Below are positions 25,177-39,489 of a DNA stretch of 64,000 nt, piece after piece. The DNA is from Azolla caroliniana (taxonomy: Eukaryota; Plantae; Polypodiophyta): NCBI GenBank assembly GCA_043228905.1, contig JBHGNT010000008.1, positions 16,678,001-16,742,000 of the forward strand, in the 5' to 3' direction. Position numbers and translations under genes: made by a program. The notes below the pieces were generated by a model. It was not told the DNA's origin. It saw nothing but the letters and a program-made list of their open reading frames with translations, and made no database searches. Position 1 is the stretch's first letter. The number at the start of each line of letters is the position of its first letter.

Positions 25177-26096
25177 TTTTCTTCCGATTGTACTTGAACT
25201 TTAGCTGTTAGTGATGTCTGAAATACCTCTATTTGGATACCAAAATACTGTTTCAATTGCCAATGTCAAAATTCCACTTCTGTATTTTGTAGAAACAATG
25301 GGAATATACTTTTTGATCTAAGTATTCCTCTTTTTACAACGTTTTGTTTCTTTTTTGAGATCATCTCCTGATGAGTTGCCAAGTCTTTGAGTCTGTTGTA
25401 GATAAAATGCTTGAAATTCTTCTTAGCTTGCTAGGAAAATTTAGGTTTTCAGGTGTTAATGATGATAAACAGAAAATATCGGGTGTTATTGAAGTATAGA
25501 CTGTTTCATCAATCCCATTTGGAGGGTAACCAGAATTTGTGCAAATTGTTGAAGCAATGTGGGCCATATTTTGATGATATCATCCCAATGGATGAACTAT
25601 CCACTAACAGTAGTAAGGAAACCCTCCCCTTTTTGAGCTATCACAAATTATTGTTTCAGGAGTTGGATTATTTTGTTAAGGAATTTGAGGCTTCATTGCA
25701 CATTTGCTTCTTGAAGAATGAACTTACAGTATAAAATCTTACAATATTAAAGTCATAATTTGAATTCAACTTACAGATTTATGTGCCTACAGAGGACACA
25801 CCAACGGCAATGAATCTAGACTTTATCAAGAAGATATACAATATTTTTACTCATTTTACCATGGCTCTGCAAAACTTCTATGCTCAAATAACATCAGGAA
25901 ACATGAGCAATATCGGCAATGAAGAAATCCAAGTCTTGTTGACAACAACTAATATATTATGAAAGATAAGTACAAGTGGTTGACAGGCATAAACACTTTA
26001 GAAGAAAGATGAAATATATCAATTCATTTGTCAATCATCAAAATTAATAGTGAACTCCAAGTATTGAGAGGGTACAATGTATTGAGAGGGTGACTT

Positions 26097-29000
26097 TCAA
26101 GCATTAAATAGAGAGACCTCCCCTAATATGTGCTCATGAACCTCTTGGGGGACCTTGTAGACAGTGTTGTATCCCTTAACCTTGTGCTTTGCTTGAGTCA
26201 TATTGAATTTGATCGCAAGAATGGCATCAGCGTAGATTATTGCGATGGGTGCTTCTTTTAGTAATGCATATGTGTTCTTGCACTGCGGCAACTTTGCATA
26301 ATAGTTTCCATACACGACAGACTCACCAACGTTGAAATTGTTGCCCCAGCCATCCCTCACCACTTCTTTCAATAATGTCTTTCCTTGCTTGCACACCACA
26401 ATGTAGTAGTCTTCTAAATCTTCATTCTGAGGAGATTTGAGCACTGCAAAATGATCTCCAACTTCCAATAAAACTGCCAAGTCTTGATTTTGGTTGTAGT
26501 ATACAATATCGTTTGAATGCACATCATCTTCAATATCATCTTGTCGTTCAGGCTCAAGCTTCTGCAACTTCCAGGGCTCCACGATTGATAGGTTGATGCA
26601 TTTATCCCAAGCTTCATCTATACACATGGAACAAAAGCATGATAAACTACGTAGTAACAATTGTGTTGTGTCCTTGCGGCTAAACCCTAACACACAATGG
26701 GTGCTGCGTGTGCCTTTCACGGTTTTACAACCATATGATTTAGTTCTATCGACCTCATCAGCGCGAACTTCAACAAACAATCTGTTCTTACCATCATTTG
26801 ACATCTTCCATGTTAGCCACTGCACAACATCATGTGCATTTTGTAGCTTAGCACCATTATTATCCAACTGCTCACTTGTAAGGGCACGTTTGATCACAGC
26901 CCCCGCGCCATCATGCTCTCCTTTTCCATGTCCAGACCCGAAGTAATTCCATTGCATACGAATGTTGAATAAGGAGAAATACCTGCTTTTGTAACTCAGG
27001 TTTCCAACAAAATTAGTACTATGTTGTCAATAGAGAGTACTACACTTCCATTAATACTGGCATCCATTTAATACTAACTTAGTATGGATATAACTTAGTA
27101 CTAACTTAGTCTGGTTTATACTATGAGTACAAGATGAGTACTTTACATCCCCTTGTATAGTACAATGTGTCTATGGAGAACCCTTCACATGGATTAAAAC
27201 ATAATTAGTACAATTCTCTTAAGGACGGACAATACTATAAGTACAAGATGAGTACTTTACATCCTTTTGTAAACACAACATAGTACAGAAGCAACACACA
27301 ACATAGTACAATGTGTCTATGGAGAACCCTTCACATTGATTAGTCGATACTTAGTACAATTCTTAGTACTAACTTAGTCTGGTTTATACTATGAGTACAA
27401 GATGAGTACTTAACATCCTCTTGTATAGTACAATGTGTCTATGGAGAACCCTTCACATGGATTAAAACATAATTAGTACAATTCTCTTAAGGACGGACAA
27501 TACTATAAGTACAAGATGAGTACTTTACATCCTTTTGTAAACACAACATAGTACAGAACCAACACACAACATACTACAATGTGTCTATGGAGAACCCTTC
27601 ACATTGATTAATCGATACTTAGTATGGATATAACTTAGTACTAACTTAGTATGGTTTATACTATGAGTAGAAGATGAGTACTTTACATCCTCTTGTATAG
27701 TACAATGTGTCTATGGAGAACCCTTCACATGGATTAAAACATACTTAGTACAATGCTCTTAAGGACGGACAATACTATGAGTACAAGATGAGTACTTTAC
27801 ATCCTCCTGTAAACACAACATAGTACAGATACAACACACAACATAGTACAATGTGTCTATGGAGAACCCTTCACATGGATTAAAACATACTTAGTACAAT
27901 GCTCTTAAGGACGGACAATACTATGAGTACAAGATGAGTACTTTACATCCTCCTGTAAACACAACATAGTACAGATACAACACACAACATAGTACAATGT
28001 GTCTATGGAGAACCCTTCACATGGATTAAAACATACTTAGTACAATGCTCTTAAGGACGGACAATACTATGAGTACAAGATGAGTACTTTACATCCTCCT
28101 GTAAACACAACATAGTACAGATACAACACACAACATAGTACAATGTGTCTATGGAGAACCCTTCACATGGATTAAAACATAGTACAAACAAAATTAGTAT
28201 GCATGCATCCATTCACAAGTGCAAGATTCGAATAGTTACAAACATAATTAGTATGCATCCATGTGAATAGTACTGTTTGTTAATAATTACAAACATAATT
28301 AGTATGCATGCACTAACACAAGAATTACTTCCTTACACATTGCATGGTAAGTACTAAACATATGGATTAAAAATTACCTGGCGATAAAGTAGAACGATCG
28401 TGCCGCCTTAAACTGCGAGGCAGCACCATCAGACCAAACCCAATGACGGTTAAAGGTTACCCCTAGAGAAAATAAATCTGCATGGTGAAGCTTAAAACAA
28501 TGTTGAACAAATAGTGTATCATGCTTTTTATCATCTGAAATGTAAAATATTGATTTCTTATGTAACTCACCGTCTTGCCTCCAATAGCAAATATGCACAA
28601 GTATTGTACATTGATCATTGTACCAATGCATTGATTGAACCTCATTCTGAACTTTAAATGTATAGTTTTCTGCAAAGTCAATAACAGATACGATGACACC
28701 CGTTGGTAAGTTATTAATACATTCCTTGAATTGTGAATTTTGCCAATAACTCCGGAAGTTATGTGGAATGAACTCCCCAAGTTGTTTCTTAAATTCTGAG
28801 ACAAGGGTAGCAGCACATGTCTCCTTATATACTTCCTTGATACGCTTAGTTACAACTCCCTTGCCAATATTTTCAGTCACATACTCTAAATATTTCCATT
28901 TCACGATATGACTGTTTCCCAAATCAAGCTCCTGCATACAAAATAATGGTAGCGGACAAACCTTACATGTTCTTAATAGACATGTACGACGATGCCACTC

Positions 29001-30025
29001 ACATGATGGTTCTTTTTCACAAACACAAGACCTCCATAGCTCAGAAACAGATGCATAAGTCATGTTTCGTGCATTACACCTATTATCCTCCCCATTTGGT
29101 CTACATATCTCACAAGTGCAGACACATAATTCCCCGTGTATACCCTTACAATCAGTACGCATTGCATTCACGGCTAGCCTTAACATGTCCATCTTCACAT
29201 GGTACACACAACAACATGTATTCCTCTCATTTAATTTTCTAACATAAAATGGTTTCAAACCTTGGAACTTGCGGAATCCAACAGTCAAGCTTGGATGTTG
29301 ATCTTTAAAGTTCATGTACAATTCAGCCTACATCAACCAATATATATAGCAAACATTAATATACAGTTGGTCAAAACACAAAGTTATGGAATGTGAAATG
29401 ATATAAAAAAATGGAATACCTCTGTCATCTCCAAGAAGTGTCTAGGGTGAATCTGGTACTTACCCTGACTTATTCGTTGTCTACACACGTCCTTCTTATT
29501 TGGTGAGACACGCGTATTTTTGGCCCAAAATGAATCCACTTTCTCAATAATCTCTTGAGATAAGGCATCACATCGTCGTCTACGTCCCAACCCCATCCAC
29601 TTGAATTTGTTTGAGTGTATATTTTGGCGATGTTTCCTCAAGTTCCTTCTTTGAATACCCAGGGCTAAGGCAACTTTAGTATCACTATATTTTTTTCCTC
29701 TCGCACCGTTCACAACCATGTGTAGGGCTGCCCTCTTTGCAGCAAGTTTGTCTAAGCTCTCTACACCTTTCACTAAGTCTAGGGATGACTTCATAGACTC
29801 TACAATCTCTTCTGAAACACATTGGTCCCTAAATTTTATTCTCTCCATGTCTTCATTCAAACTTTGATGGTGTAACACTCTACAGATAATATCCCTACGA
29901 TCCTCTTCACTAAATCTCTTTGTTATTTCTACCAAATAACGGACTATGTGAAGAACCACTCGTCTCTTAGTCCTTTCAGATATGCATGAGTTACTTGACA
30001 ACTCACTCTCGTTAGGAACCCCCAT
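26097..30025 (-). CDS. Sola2-type DDD transposase, 3 exons (30025-29420, 29327-28378, 26982-26097), about 813 aa
   Basis: Motifs NTCCCVYH, VIDFAENY..VQNEVQSMHW, YISDDKKHD, WSDGAASQFK, FGSGHGKGEHDGAGAVIKR and LSCFCSMC. GT-AG junctions preserve the frame. An additional upstream exon cannot be excluded. Confidence 0.85.
27075..28185. repeat. Tandem array (mostly 146-bp unit) filling transposase intron 2
   Basis: ATGTGTCTATGGAGAACCC starts at 27165, 27311, 27433, 27579, 27705, 27851, 27997 and 28143. Confidence 0.92.
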
Positions 30026-30107
30026 TCGGTCACTAGATTTATCCGCAAAAATTAAGTGGCTTGCAAAAGTAGTTAATGTTATATAGACTCAACCAAGAAA
30101 ACACAAT

Positions 30108-30700
30108 CAAATGTTTTTAAATGTGGCCTGCAAAGTGAAAGATATTTCGTTTCAAACATTAGAATTACATATCAAATATGACAATTGTCAGTTCTAAAAT
30201 TTTTGTACTGAAATATGAAGAAATGTAACATTTTAGTACTGAAAATAAAAAAAACGGTTTGGTGAAAGGAACCTCCAATGGTGGACGGAGCGTTGGATAT
30301 GCCGCCTCGATTTGGTGGAAGGAACCTCCAATGCCGCCTCGATTTGGTGGAAAAAGCCACAAATCACCACGACACCAAATCAAATGTTTTTAAATGTGGC
30401 CTGCAAAGTGAAAGATATTTCGTTTCAAACATTAGAATTACATATCAAATATGACAATTGTCAGTTCTAAAATTTTTGTACTGAAATATGAAGAAATGTA
30501 ACATTTTAGTACTGAAAATAAAAAAAACGGATGGAAGGAACCTCGAATGGATGGAGGGGGCGTTGGATATGCCGCCTCGATTTGGTGGAAGGAACCTCCA
30601 ATGGTGGACGGAGCGTTGGATATGCCGCCTCGATTTGGCGGAAGGAACCTCCAATGCCGCCTCGATTTGGTGGAAAAAGCCACAAATCACCACGACACCA
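30108..30700. repeat. 273-bp tandem duplication upstream of the Sola2 transposase with internal GCCGCCTCGATTTGG repeats
   Basis: CAAATGTTTTTAAATGTGGCCTGC starts at 30108 and 30381. Confidence 0.88.
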
Positions 30701-31213
30701 ACTTCAATGGATGGATGTAAGAAAGTCGTTGTCGAAGAAGTCACTATTGGCTGCTACCAACAGTCTCTGTACCTCGACCTAAACCCTAACAAAAACAGAA
30801 ACCCTAAAAAAATCAGAAATCCTCAACTTAAACGCTCAAAACAGACATGGATGTCTGAGATTTAGATTGGAGGAAATCAGAAACTGAACATGGATCTGTG
30901 ATGAAAAGCTCAGAGGGATAGAGGAAGAGGAGTATGAGGGGAACCGCCAAAACGACGTGAGGGGAAGCGCCAAAATCGACGTGAGGGGAAAATAGCCCCC
31001 AAAATGGAATGAACATCTCCTCACCTGTTCCCCCCACTCCTTCTACAATAAATGACACTTGTACTACAGTCACCCCACTCTCCAAAATCGATTTTCTTTT
31101 TCTCTGATTTTTTTTTTTTGAATTATTCATACTAACAGTACTAAAAGTACTGACAATTTTTGTGGCCAAAAACAGTACTTTTCTGGTACACCGTAGCGTG
31201 CTTCTACCCTTCA

Positions 31214-32120
31214 ATCACCAGAAAGGTACATGTGCTTGATTATAGATGGCATGGATCAGAAGAAGACTTGTTTGCCACACTTTCAAAGCTTGCCGAAGGA
31301 TATTGGAGATGAATGTCTTGTCCAAATGCACTTAGTAGGTTGTTTGTCTTATTGTCAGACGATAAGGCCTTAAGTGTTCTTAACTTATCCTAATGTCCAC
31401 AACGACCTTAATATTACAGTCATAGTAATGCAAAGAGTTTTACAGTCTTGGCAAGGTATTCTCCCACCAATACTATACGTGCAACTAGACAACACGACTA
31501 GAGAAAACAAAAACTTGAATGTGTTCGGTTGTTTAAGCATGATAGTAGAAAGGGGCATGTTTAAAAAGATTAAGGTAAACTTCTTACTAGTTGGTCATAC
31601 GCATGATCATATAGATCAAATGTTTAGCCGGTTCTCAAAGAAATTAGCGAGATGTGATGCTTTCATGATTCCTACGCTATCAAAGTTTATCACTGAAGCT
31701 TATACCCCAAAGCCAAATGTACAACATTTGAATGAATTTTATGACTTTAAACATTTCTACGTGGATGGTGATGGGACTCGTCATAGGGTTCTGGCTCCGC
31801 TTAATAATATTCATTTTAACCACGTCTTCCTCATTAAAAAAAGTTCTATCAACCACAACCAGACGATGTTGTATGCCAAACAATATGCATCTACTTCACA
31901 ATGGGAGCCAAAAGAGGGATGTAGGCTTTTATTGCATTTTCCAGATGCAGTAATCCATGGTGCAGAACAAATGTCGTATGACGACCATAAAAGATTGGCG
32001 ACTGGTCGTTCGATTGAAGAGCAAATGATATATTGGATGTAGTGCCTTGAAGAAAAACGCAAAAATATTGAGCGTACAAAAAAGTACGTTGGTGATCAGG
32101 ATGTTGAATGGTGGGGTAAC
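31214..32120 (+). pseudogene. Sola-like transposase copy 2, catalytic part
   Basis: IIDGMDQKKTCLP, QLDNTTRENKN and GHTHDHIDQMFS, with in-frame stops. Confidence 0.88.
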
Positions 32121-34236
32121 TGTTGGCCACTAAGGCCGTCAGTGCGGAAACATAAACAACACTTTGCGATGAAGATTATTGAGTGCACAGTATGAAGGCA
32201 AGATCAAAGAACATAATGTGAGAGAGAGAGAGAGACCAAATTGAGGTACACCAAAAGAACTATATTATTCAAGCTCTCTCAATAATGACAATAACCTTAA
32301 CAACTAGATTACAAAGCCCATTATATACTAAATGAGCTAGGGCAACTGCCGTTTGACATATTTACAGAATTGTCCTAAATCTAGTTGGTCGAAGATACAA
32401 TGTTGAATACGGCCATTAAAGACCAGTATGCAACACTCCCCTGTAATGGGCATATACAACAGAAATCTGTAATACAGAATGAAAATAGATAATGCAGATT
32501 TTTGCAAGGTTGTCAAACAAATCAGATTTCTGTTCGAGTTTGTAAACTCTGAAAAACAAGAGGCTGAATTGGTCGGGGTCGGAGGAACTGAAACTGAACT
32601 TCGAACTGTCAATGATGATTGTTTGAAACCATCCCAAATGTTCGACTCAATCGGACTGATTCTTCATTATGCCCATCTGGTGCCTACGGGATCGGAATCA
32701 ATCCGCCGAAAGACACTTTATCATCCCATCTACAACATTATCAACTGTAGCTATCTTCTCGACGTCGATTTTCCCTAAAATGACGCAGTCCTAAACAAAG
32801 TGATATCGAACGTCGATATTCTTGGAGGCATAGTGATGAACCGGGTTTTGTGATAGAGCAACAACACCCTGACTATTGTTGTAGACAACTGGAGCTGAGT
32901 CGGAGTCAACTTGTCGAAACGTGTGCGTTGGCCGATCAAGCCATAAAGCCTCTTTCGCCACATCGGACGCAGCTACATATTCGGCATTGATTGTTGATGT
33001 GGCAGTGTTATCTTGAAGTTTCAATTTCCACGAAATTGCTCCATTGCCAAATTTGAGGCAGTATCCGGTTGTTGATTTTCGGTTGTACACACAGCCAGTG
33101 AAATCTGAGTCAATGTAACCGACTAGGCCTGAGTTTTTGTTCGGGTCAAAGAGGATGCCAAGGTCTTGTGTGCCCACCAGGTATTTGAATACATGCTTAA
33201 CTGCATTCCAATGCGATCGGCTTGGGTTGTGCATGAATCTGTTGACGACTCCTACGGCATGAGCAATGTCAAGCCGTGTCGCGACCATCGCGTACATTAA
33301 TGAGACAATTGCCGATGCATATGGTATCAACTTCATATCTTCCCCCTCCGGACCGGATGTCAGGTGGTCTCGCTGAGATAGCCGAAGGTTAATGGGGAGC
33401 GGGGTCGAAGCAGATTTGGTCGATTGCATGTTGAAGCACTCTAAGACATGTCTGATGTAGTCAGATTGAGATAGAAATAGTTGTCGTCGATTTCGATTCC
33501 AACTTATCTTCATGTCGATAATGTGCCTTGACTGACCAAGGTTCTTCATGGCAAACATCAACGCAGTTGCCGAACAAGTTTGGCGAGTTCTCCAGCATGT
33601 CGACCGGAGAGTAGCATGTCGTCCACGTAGATGATGAGAAAGACGGGTGACCCATCTGGAGTTGTTTTTGTGAAGAGGCAGTGGTCCTCATCACTCTTGG
33701 AGAAGCCGACTGATTGGATGAAGTCGTCGAACTTCTTATACCACTGTATCGGTGCCTGCTTTAGGCCGTATAGACTCTTCCTGAGTCGACAAACTAGATG
33801 TTCTTGGCCGAAAGATACAAAACCTTTTGGCTAATCCATTAGATTTCCTCCTCTAAGTCACCATGGAGGAAAGCCGTTTTTACATCTAGCTAAACTAGCT
33901 CCAAATCCTCGGCTGCCACGACACCAAGCAAAAAACGAAGGGTTGTCATTTTCATCACTGGTGAAAAGATTTCATCGAAATCGACGCCATATTCCTATCG
34001 GAACCCTTTTGCAACTAATCTGGCCTTGAATTTTGGGGTGGCCGAATTGGACATCTGTTTTAATCTGTAAACCCACTTGCATGGAAGAGCACGTCATTTT
34101 CCGGTAATTCAACCAAGTCCCAAGTCTTGTTTCTGACTCCATCGACAGATGCCATGTGGCTGAATCGGGTGATGTCGATGCTTCTTCGTATAACGTCAGT
34201 TCACTGGCATCCGTGAAGAAGTCTCCATGAGAGTAC

Positions 34237-34656
34237 TGTTGGGATTACGGTCCCTCCGGATGGGATGGTCGGATGTCCGGGAATCAGGAATGAAGACCCG
34301 AATGATGAGTACCCGGTTCGGGATCCGGATGATGAAGACCCGGTTCCGGATCCGGATGATGAAGACCCCGGCTTCGGGATCCGGATGATGAAGACCCGGT
34401 TCCGGATCCGGATGATGAAGACCCCGGCTACGGAGCCGGATGATGAAGACCCCGGCTACGGAGCCGGATGACGAATGTACCCGGAGAGAGATCCGGATGC
34501 GGGGACATATTTGTGAATATGTTTGCCAAGGGCCCTCGAGGCTATATTTGTAAATAGCCCGAAAGTCATATATGTATAAATATGACTTAGGGCAAACAGT
34601 TTTGTAGTTGTTGCTTATTTTTCTTGTTTTTCACTTAGAGGGAGCTAAGTGAGCAG

Positions 34657-34687
<31 letters not shown>

Positions 34688-37600
34688 GAAGAGGTCGTTG
34701 CCTCTGTGTATTACCGCCGCCTGTGGCGAAGACAGTGAGCTCAAGGTTGTTGCCTTGTAGCTTCACCATTGTACATCTCTGTCTGTAGTGATAGTTGGAG
34801 TTGGAGGACTCCCGTGGTTTTTCCCATTTAGGGTTTTCCACGTAAAACATCCAGTGTACTCTTCTCTCTATTGTCTTCGTGCACTTTGTATTTCCTGTTT
34901 TCTGTGAGTTAATCCTATTCCTCGGTTGTTGCCGAGCACTGTGGTAACAAGTGGTATCAGAGCGACGGCAGTGCAGAAAATGGAAGGCGGCAGCAGCGGG
35001 CAGCCGGGGATGATGGTGCTGAATGCGCAGAACTACGCCGACTGGAAGATAAAGATGGAGGACCTGCTCATTGTTCGGGACCTGTATGAACCGATCGACA
35101 GGTCGGAAATACCCAAGGGGGTACTTGAGACGGAATGGAGGCTTCTGAACCGGAAAGCCGTTGCAACCATTCGGCAATACGTCGACGTGAGTGTTCTACA
35201 ACATGTGGCGAACGACACCAACGCATATGAGATGTGGCGGAAGCTGTCGGGCCTCTACGAGAGGAAGAATGCGTTGAACCGGACCTCCCTGATGAGGAAG
35301 ATAGTGAACCTCAAGTACCGGGACGGCGAGAGTATGGTGGAACACGTAAGCACGTTCATGGGATTCGTGAACCAGCTTGCGGCGATCAAGTTCCCGTTGG
35401 AGGATGCAATGCAAGCCATCATCCTGATGTGTACATTGCCGGAAAGCTGGGAGAACTTGGTGGTGACTCTCAGCACCTCCTGCACCGAAGATAACTTGTC
35501 CCTACAAACGGTAAAGACAAGTATTTTGAACGAAGAAGCGCGTCGGAGAGATAAAGAACCGGCCTCCGATCCGAAGATGCTGCTTACCGAATCGGATCGG
35601 GGAAGACAACGGAACCGGAGTCCGCAAAGACGGGAGAAGTCGGGGACCCGGTCGCAGTCAAGAGGAAGGCCCACATGCTTCCACTGTGGGAAGCCGGGGC
35701 ACTTCCGGAAGAATTGTCGGCATTACCGAAAAGACAACGGAGCCGACGACACCGATTCGAAGAAGTCACCGGAGCGAAACGGTGCATACCGGGGAGCCAC
35801 TGACCGGAGAGGTCCGGATCGGCGAGGGCAGGACCGGAAAGGAACGACGGCACTCGCGGCAAGTGAAGAAGAGATAATGCTCATTACCGAAGAGAGGGAG
35901 CTGAACCTTGCCGGTGAAGAGATGACCTGGGTGGTCGATTCCGGAGCGTCGTTCCACCTGACCCCGGAGAAGAAATACTTCTCATCCTACACAGCCGGTG
36001 AGCATGGCTGTGTCCGGATGGGAAATGAAGGTACATGCCGGATTGCCGGCATAGGAGACGTGTGGCTGATGACATCAACCGGATGCAAAATGTTGCTGAA
36101 GGATGTCCGACACGTTCCGGAGGTTCGATTGAACCTGATTTCGGTCGGGAGGCTAGACGATGAAGGCTACACAGGTAGCATCCGGAACGGCGTAATGAAG
36201 TTCAGCAAGGGGAGCCTGATAGTGGCTTGGGCCCGGAAAGTCAACACACTGTACCTTATGAATGCCTGGTTGTGTCCGGAGGAGTTGAACGTGGCAGCCG
36301 ACACTGCCGGTGAGCTGTGGCACAAGAGACTGTGCCACATGAGTGAGAAGGGGATGAAGAGGCTTGCAGAAGACAACCTTATTCCAGTGAAGCACGTGCA
36401 CCTGGAGAAGTGCACCGATTGCCTGGCCGGTAAGCAGAACCGAACCTCCTTCCACTCAAGGCCACCGACGAGACGTAGCGCACCATTGGAGTTGGTGCAC
36501 ACTGACGTGTGTCAAGTAGAGACGAAGTCACATGGCGGAGCCCAGTACTTCGTGACATTCATTGATGACCACAGCCGGAAGCTGTGGACGGCACCGTTGA
36601 AGACAAAGGACCAAGTGTTGTGCATCTTCGAAGAACTCCACGCGAGAGTGGAAAGGGAATCCGGCAAGAAGCTGAAAGCGATACGAGCGGATAACGGAGG
36701 GGAATACCGGGGGCAGTTCGCGGAGTACTGTCGCTCGAAGGGAATCCGGCTCGAGTTTACTGTGCCGAAGACGCCGGAACTGAACGGGCTGGCCGAGAGG
36801 ATGAACCGGACCATAATGGAGAGGGTCCGGAGTATGCTGGCGCATGCGAAATTACCCAAGGGGTTTTGGGCTGAGGCAATGTCGACGGCGACATACGTGA
36901 TAAACAGATCACCCTCAGTACCTTTGGACGGAGACACGCCACAGAGAGTGTGGACCGGTAAGGAAGTGTCCTACCGGCATCTGAAGGTGTTCGGGTGTCT
37001 AGTATATGTGCATGTGGCAAAGGACCGGAGAGGAAAGCTAGATCCAAAGACCCGGCCATGCATATTCCTCGGTTACGGCAACGACGAGTTCGGCTACCGA
37101 GTATGGGACCCGGTCGACAAGAAGATATTGAGGAGTCGAGATATCATCTTCATGGAGGACAAGACACTCGCCGACTGGGAGTCGGAGAAGAAGATGAAGA
37201 GCTCCAAGTCGATCGGTGAGAATCAACTCTACAAGGAGCAGTCCCGACCGGAAGGGGACCGGTTAGCACTCGAGGATCCGGCCGAAGACGGTGAAGAAAC
37301 AGAACCGGCCGAGGAAGATGAAACTGATACCGGAACCAGCCCCGATCCCGAAATGGATTCGGATGAAGAGGAAACGGAGGAGCCGGTTACCGAAGCTCCG
37401 GAACGGAGATATCCTCTAAGAGAGAGAAGGGCCCCCCGGAGATTTCCGGAACCAGAGCACGTGCTGCTAACCGACGAGGGGGAGCCGGAGAGTTTTGAAG
37501 AAGCAAAGCTTGACACCCATAGCCGTAGGTGGTTAAGTGCCATGCAGGAGGAGATGGATTCCCTGCATGAGAACCACACATATGAACTTGTGGAGCTGCC

Positions 37601-39454
37601 GAAAGGGAAGCGGGCACTTCGAAACAAGTGGGTGTTCAAGCTGAAACCGGGAGATGCCGAAAACCCCCCGAGATACAAAGCCAGGATCGTGGTGAAGGGG
37701 TTCCAGCAGAAGAAGGGCGTTGACTTCGACGAGATATTTGCCCCGGTAGTGAAGATGACCTCCATCCGGACGGTGTTGAGCATAGCGGCAAGCATGGACC
37801 TCGAGGTAGAACAGATGGACGTGAAGACGGCATTCCTTCACGGTGACCTCGAAGAAGAGATCTACATGCTGCAACCGGAAGGATTCGAGAAGAAAGGGAA
37901 GGGGCACCTGGTATGCCGGTTGAAGAAGAGCCTTTACGGACTAAAGCAGGCTCCCCGGCAGTGGTACCGGAGGTTCGACTCCTTCATGACCGACGAAGGG
38001 TACCACAAAACGCAGTTCGATCACTGCGTGTTTGTGAAGAAGTTCGAAGGAGGAGACTTCCTAATACTCCTCCTGTACGTGGACGACATGTTGATCGTTG
38101 GACGGGACCAGGTCAAGATACGGATGCTGAAGAAAGCGCTTCACCGAACTTTCTCAATGAAGGACCTGGGTCCGGCGAGGCAAATACTAGGGATGCACAT
38201 CATCCGGGACCGAAAGAAGAAGCAGTTGTGGCTGTCACAGGAGAAGTACGTGACAAAGGTGCTTCACCGGTTCAACATGTCAGAAGCAAGACCGGTCGGG
38301 TCACCCCTCCCGGCAAACTGCAAGTTGTCCAGCAAGCAAAGCCCCAAGACAAAGGCTGAGAAGGAGGACATGATGAAAGTACCATATGCCTCTGCCGTCG
38401 GAAGCTTGATGTACGCGATGGTGTGTACAAGACCGGACGTAGGATACACAGTCGGAGTGGTGAGCCGGTACATGAGCAATCCCGGCAAAGAGCACTGGAA
38501 CGCGGCCAAGTGGATACTCCGATACCTGAAGGGCACGACAAACGTATGCCTCCGATTCGGCTCCGGTAAGCCCGAACTCAACGGCTTTACCGATTCGGAT
38601 ATGTCGGCTGATGCAGATACCAGCCGGTCCACATCAGGGTATGTGATGACGTATGCAGGTGGAGCTGTTTCGTGGCAGTCGAGGCTGCAGAAGACGGTTG
38701 CGTTGTCAACCACGAAGGCGGAGTACATGGCGGCTGTTGAAGCCGGCAAGGAAATAATATGGATGAAGGACTTCATTAGAGAGCTCGGAATCCGGCAGGA
38801 GGAGTACCGGCTCTACTGCGATAGTCAGAGTGCCATCCACCTTGCGAAGAACGCGGCCTACCATTCCCGGACGAAACACATCCAGCGTAGATACCACTGG
38901 ATCCGGGAAAGGATAGAAGACAAGGAGTTCGTGCTGACGAAGATCCACACGGACGAGAACGGGTCAGATATGCTGACCAAAGTGCTCACACCCGACAAGT
39001 TGGAAGCGTGCCGGAAGAGGGTCGGACTGGAAAGACATCCCATGCCGAAGTGAAGGGGGAGTTTGTTGGGATTACGGTCCCTCCGGATGGGATGGTCGGA
39101 TGTCCGGGAATCGGGAATGAAGACCCGAATGATGAGTACCCGGTTCGGGATCCGGATGATGAAGACCCGGTTCCGGATCCGGATGATGAAGACCCCGGCT
39201 TCGGGATCCGGATGATGAAGACCCGGTTCCGGATCCGGATGATGAAGACCCCGGCTACGGAGCCGGATGATGAAGACCCCGGCTACGGAGCCGGATGCGG
39301 GGACATATTTGTGAATATGTTTGCCAAGGGCCCTCGAGGCTATATTTGTAAATAGCCCGAAAGTCATATATGTATAAATATGACTTAGGGCAAACAGTTT
39401 TGTAGTTGTTGCTTATTTTTCTTGTTTTTCACTTAGAGGGAGCTAAGTGAGCAG

Positions 39455-39489
<35 letters not shown>

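Larger units (their letters stand above)
19048..31209. mobile_element. Sola2-type DNA transposon, 12162 bp, apparently intact
   Basis: 26-bp TIRs GGGT(C/A)GAAGCA(T/C)GCTACGGTGTACCA with GGG..CCC ends, and TSD TTCA at 19044-19047 and 31210-31213. The interrupted transposase resumes on the other side. Confidence 0.92.

Noticed and set aside
27075-28185. Regularly spaced repeats resembling a CRISPR array
   Set aside because: The intervening sequence is also repeated with no unique spacers, the array is intronic, and there are no cas genes.
34926-34979. ORF-track start of the 1375-aa polyprotein
   Set aside because: It begins at a TTG inside the LTR/PBS; the first ATG is at 34980.
35033-39367. 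Antisense and alternative-frame ORFs over Copia B, and likewise over C and D
   Set aside because: Shadow ORFs of GC-rich gag-pol.
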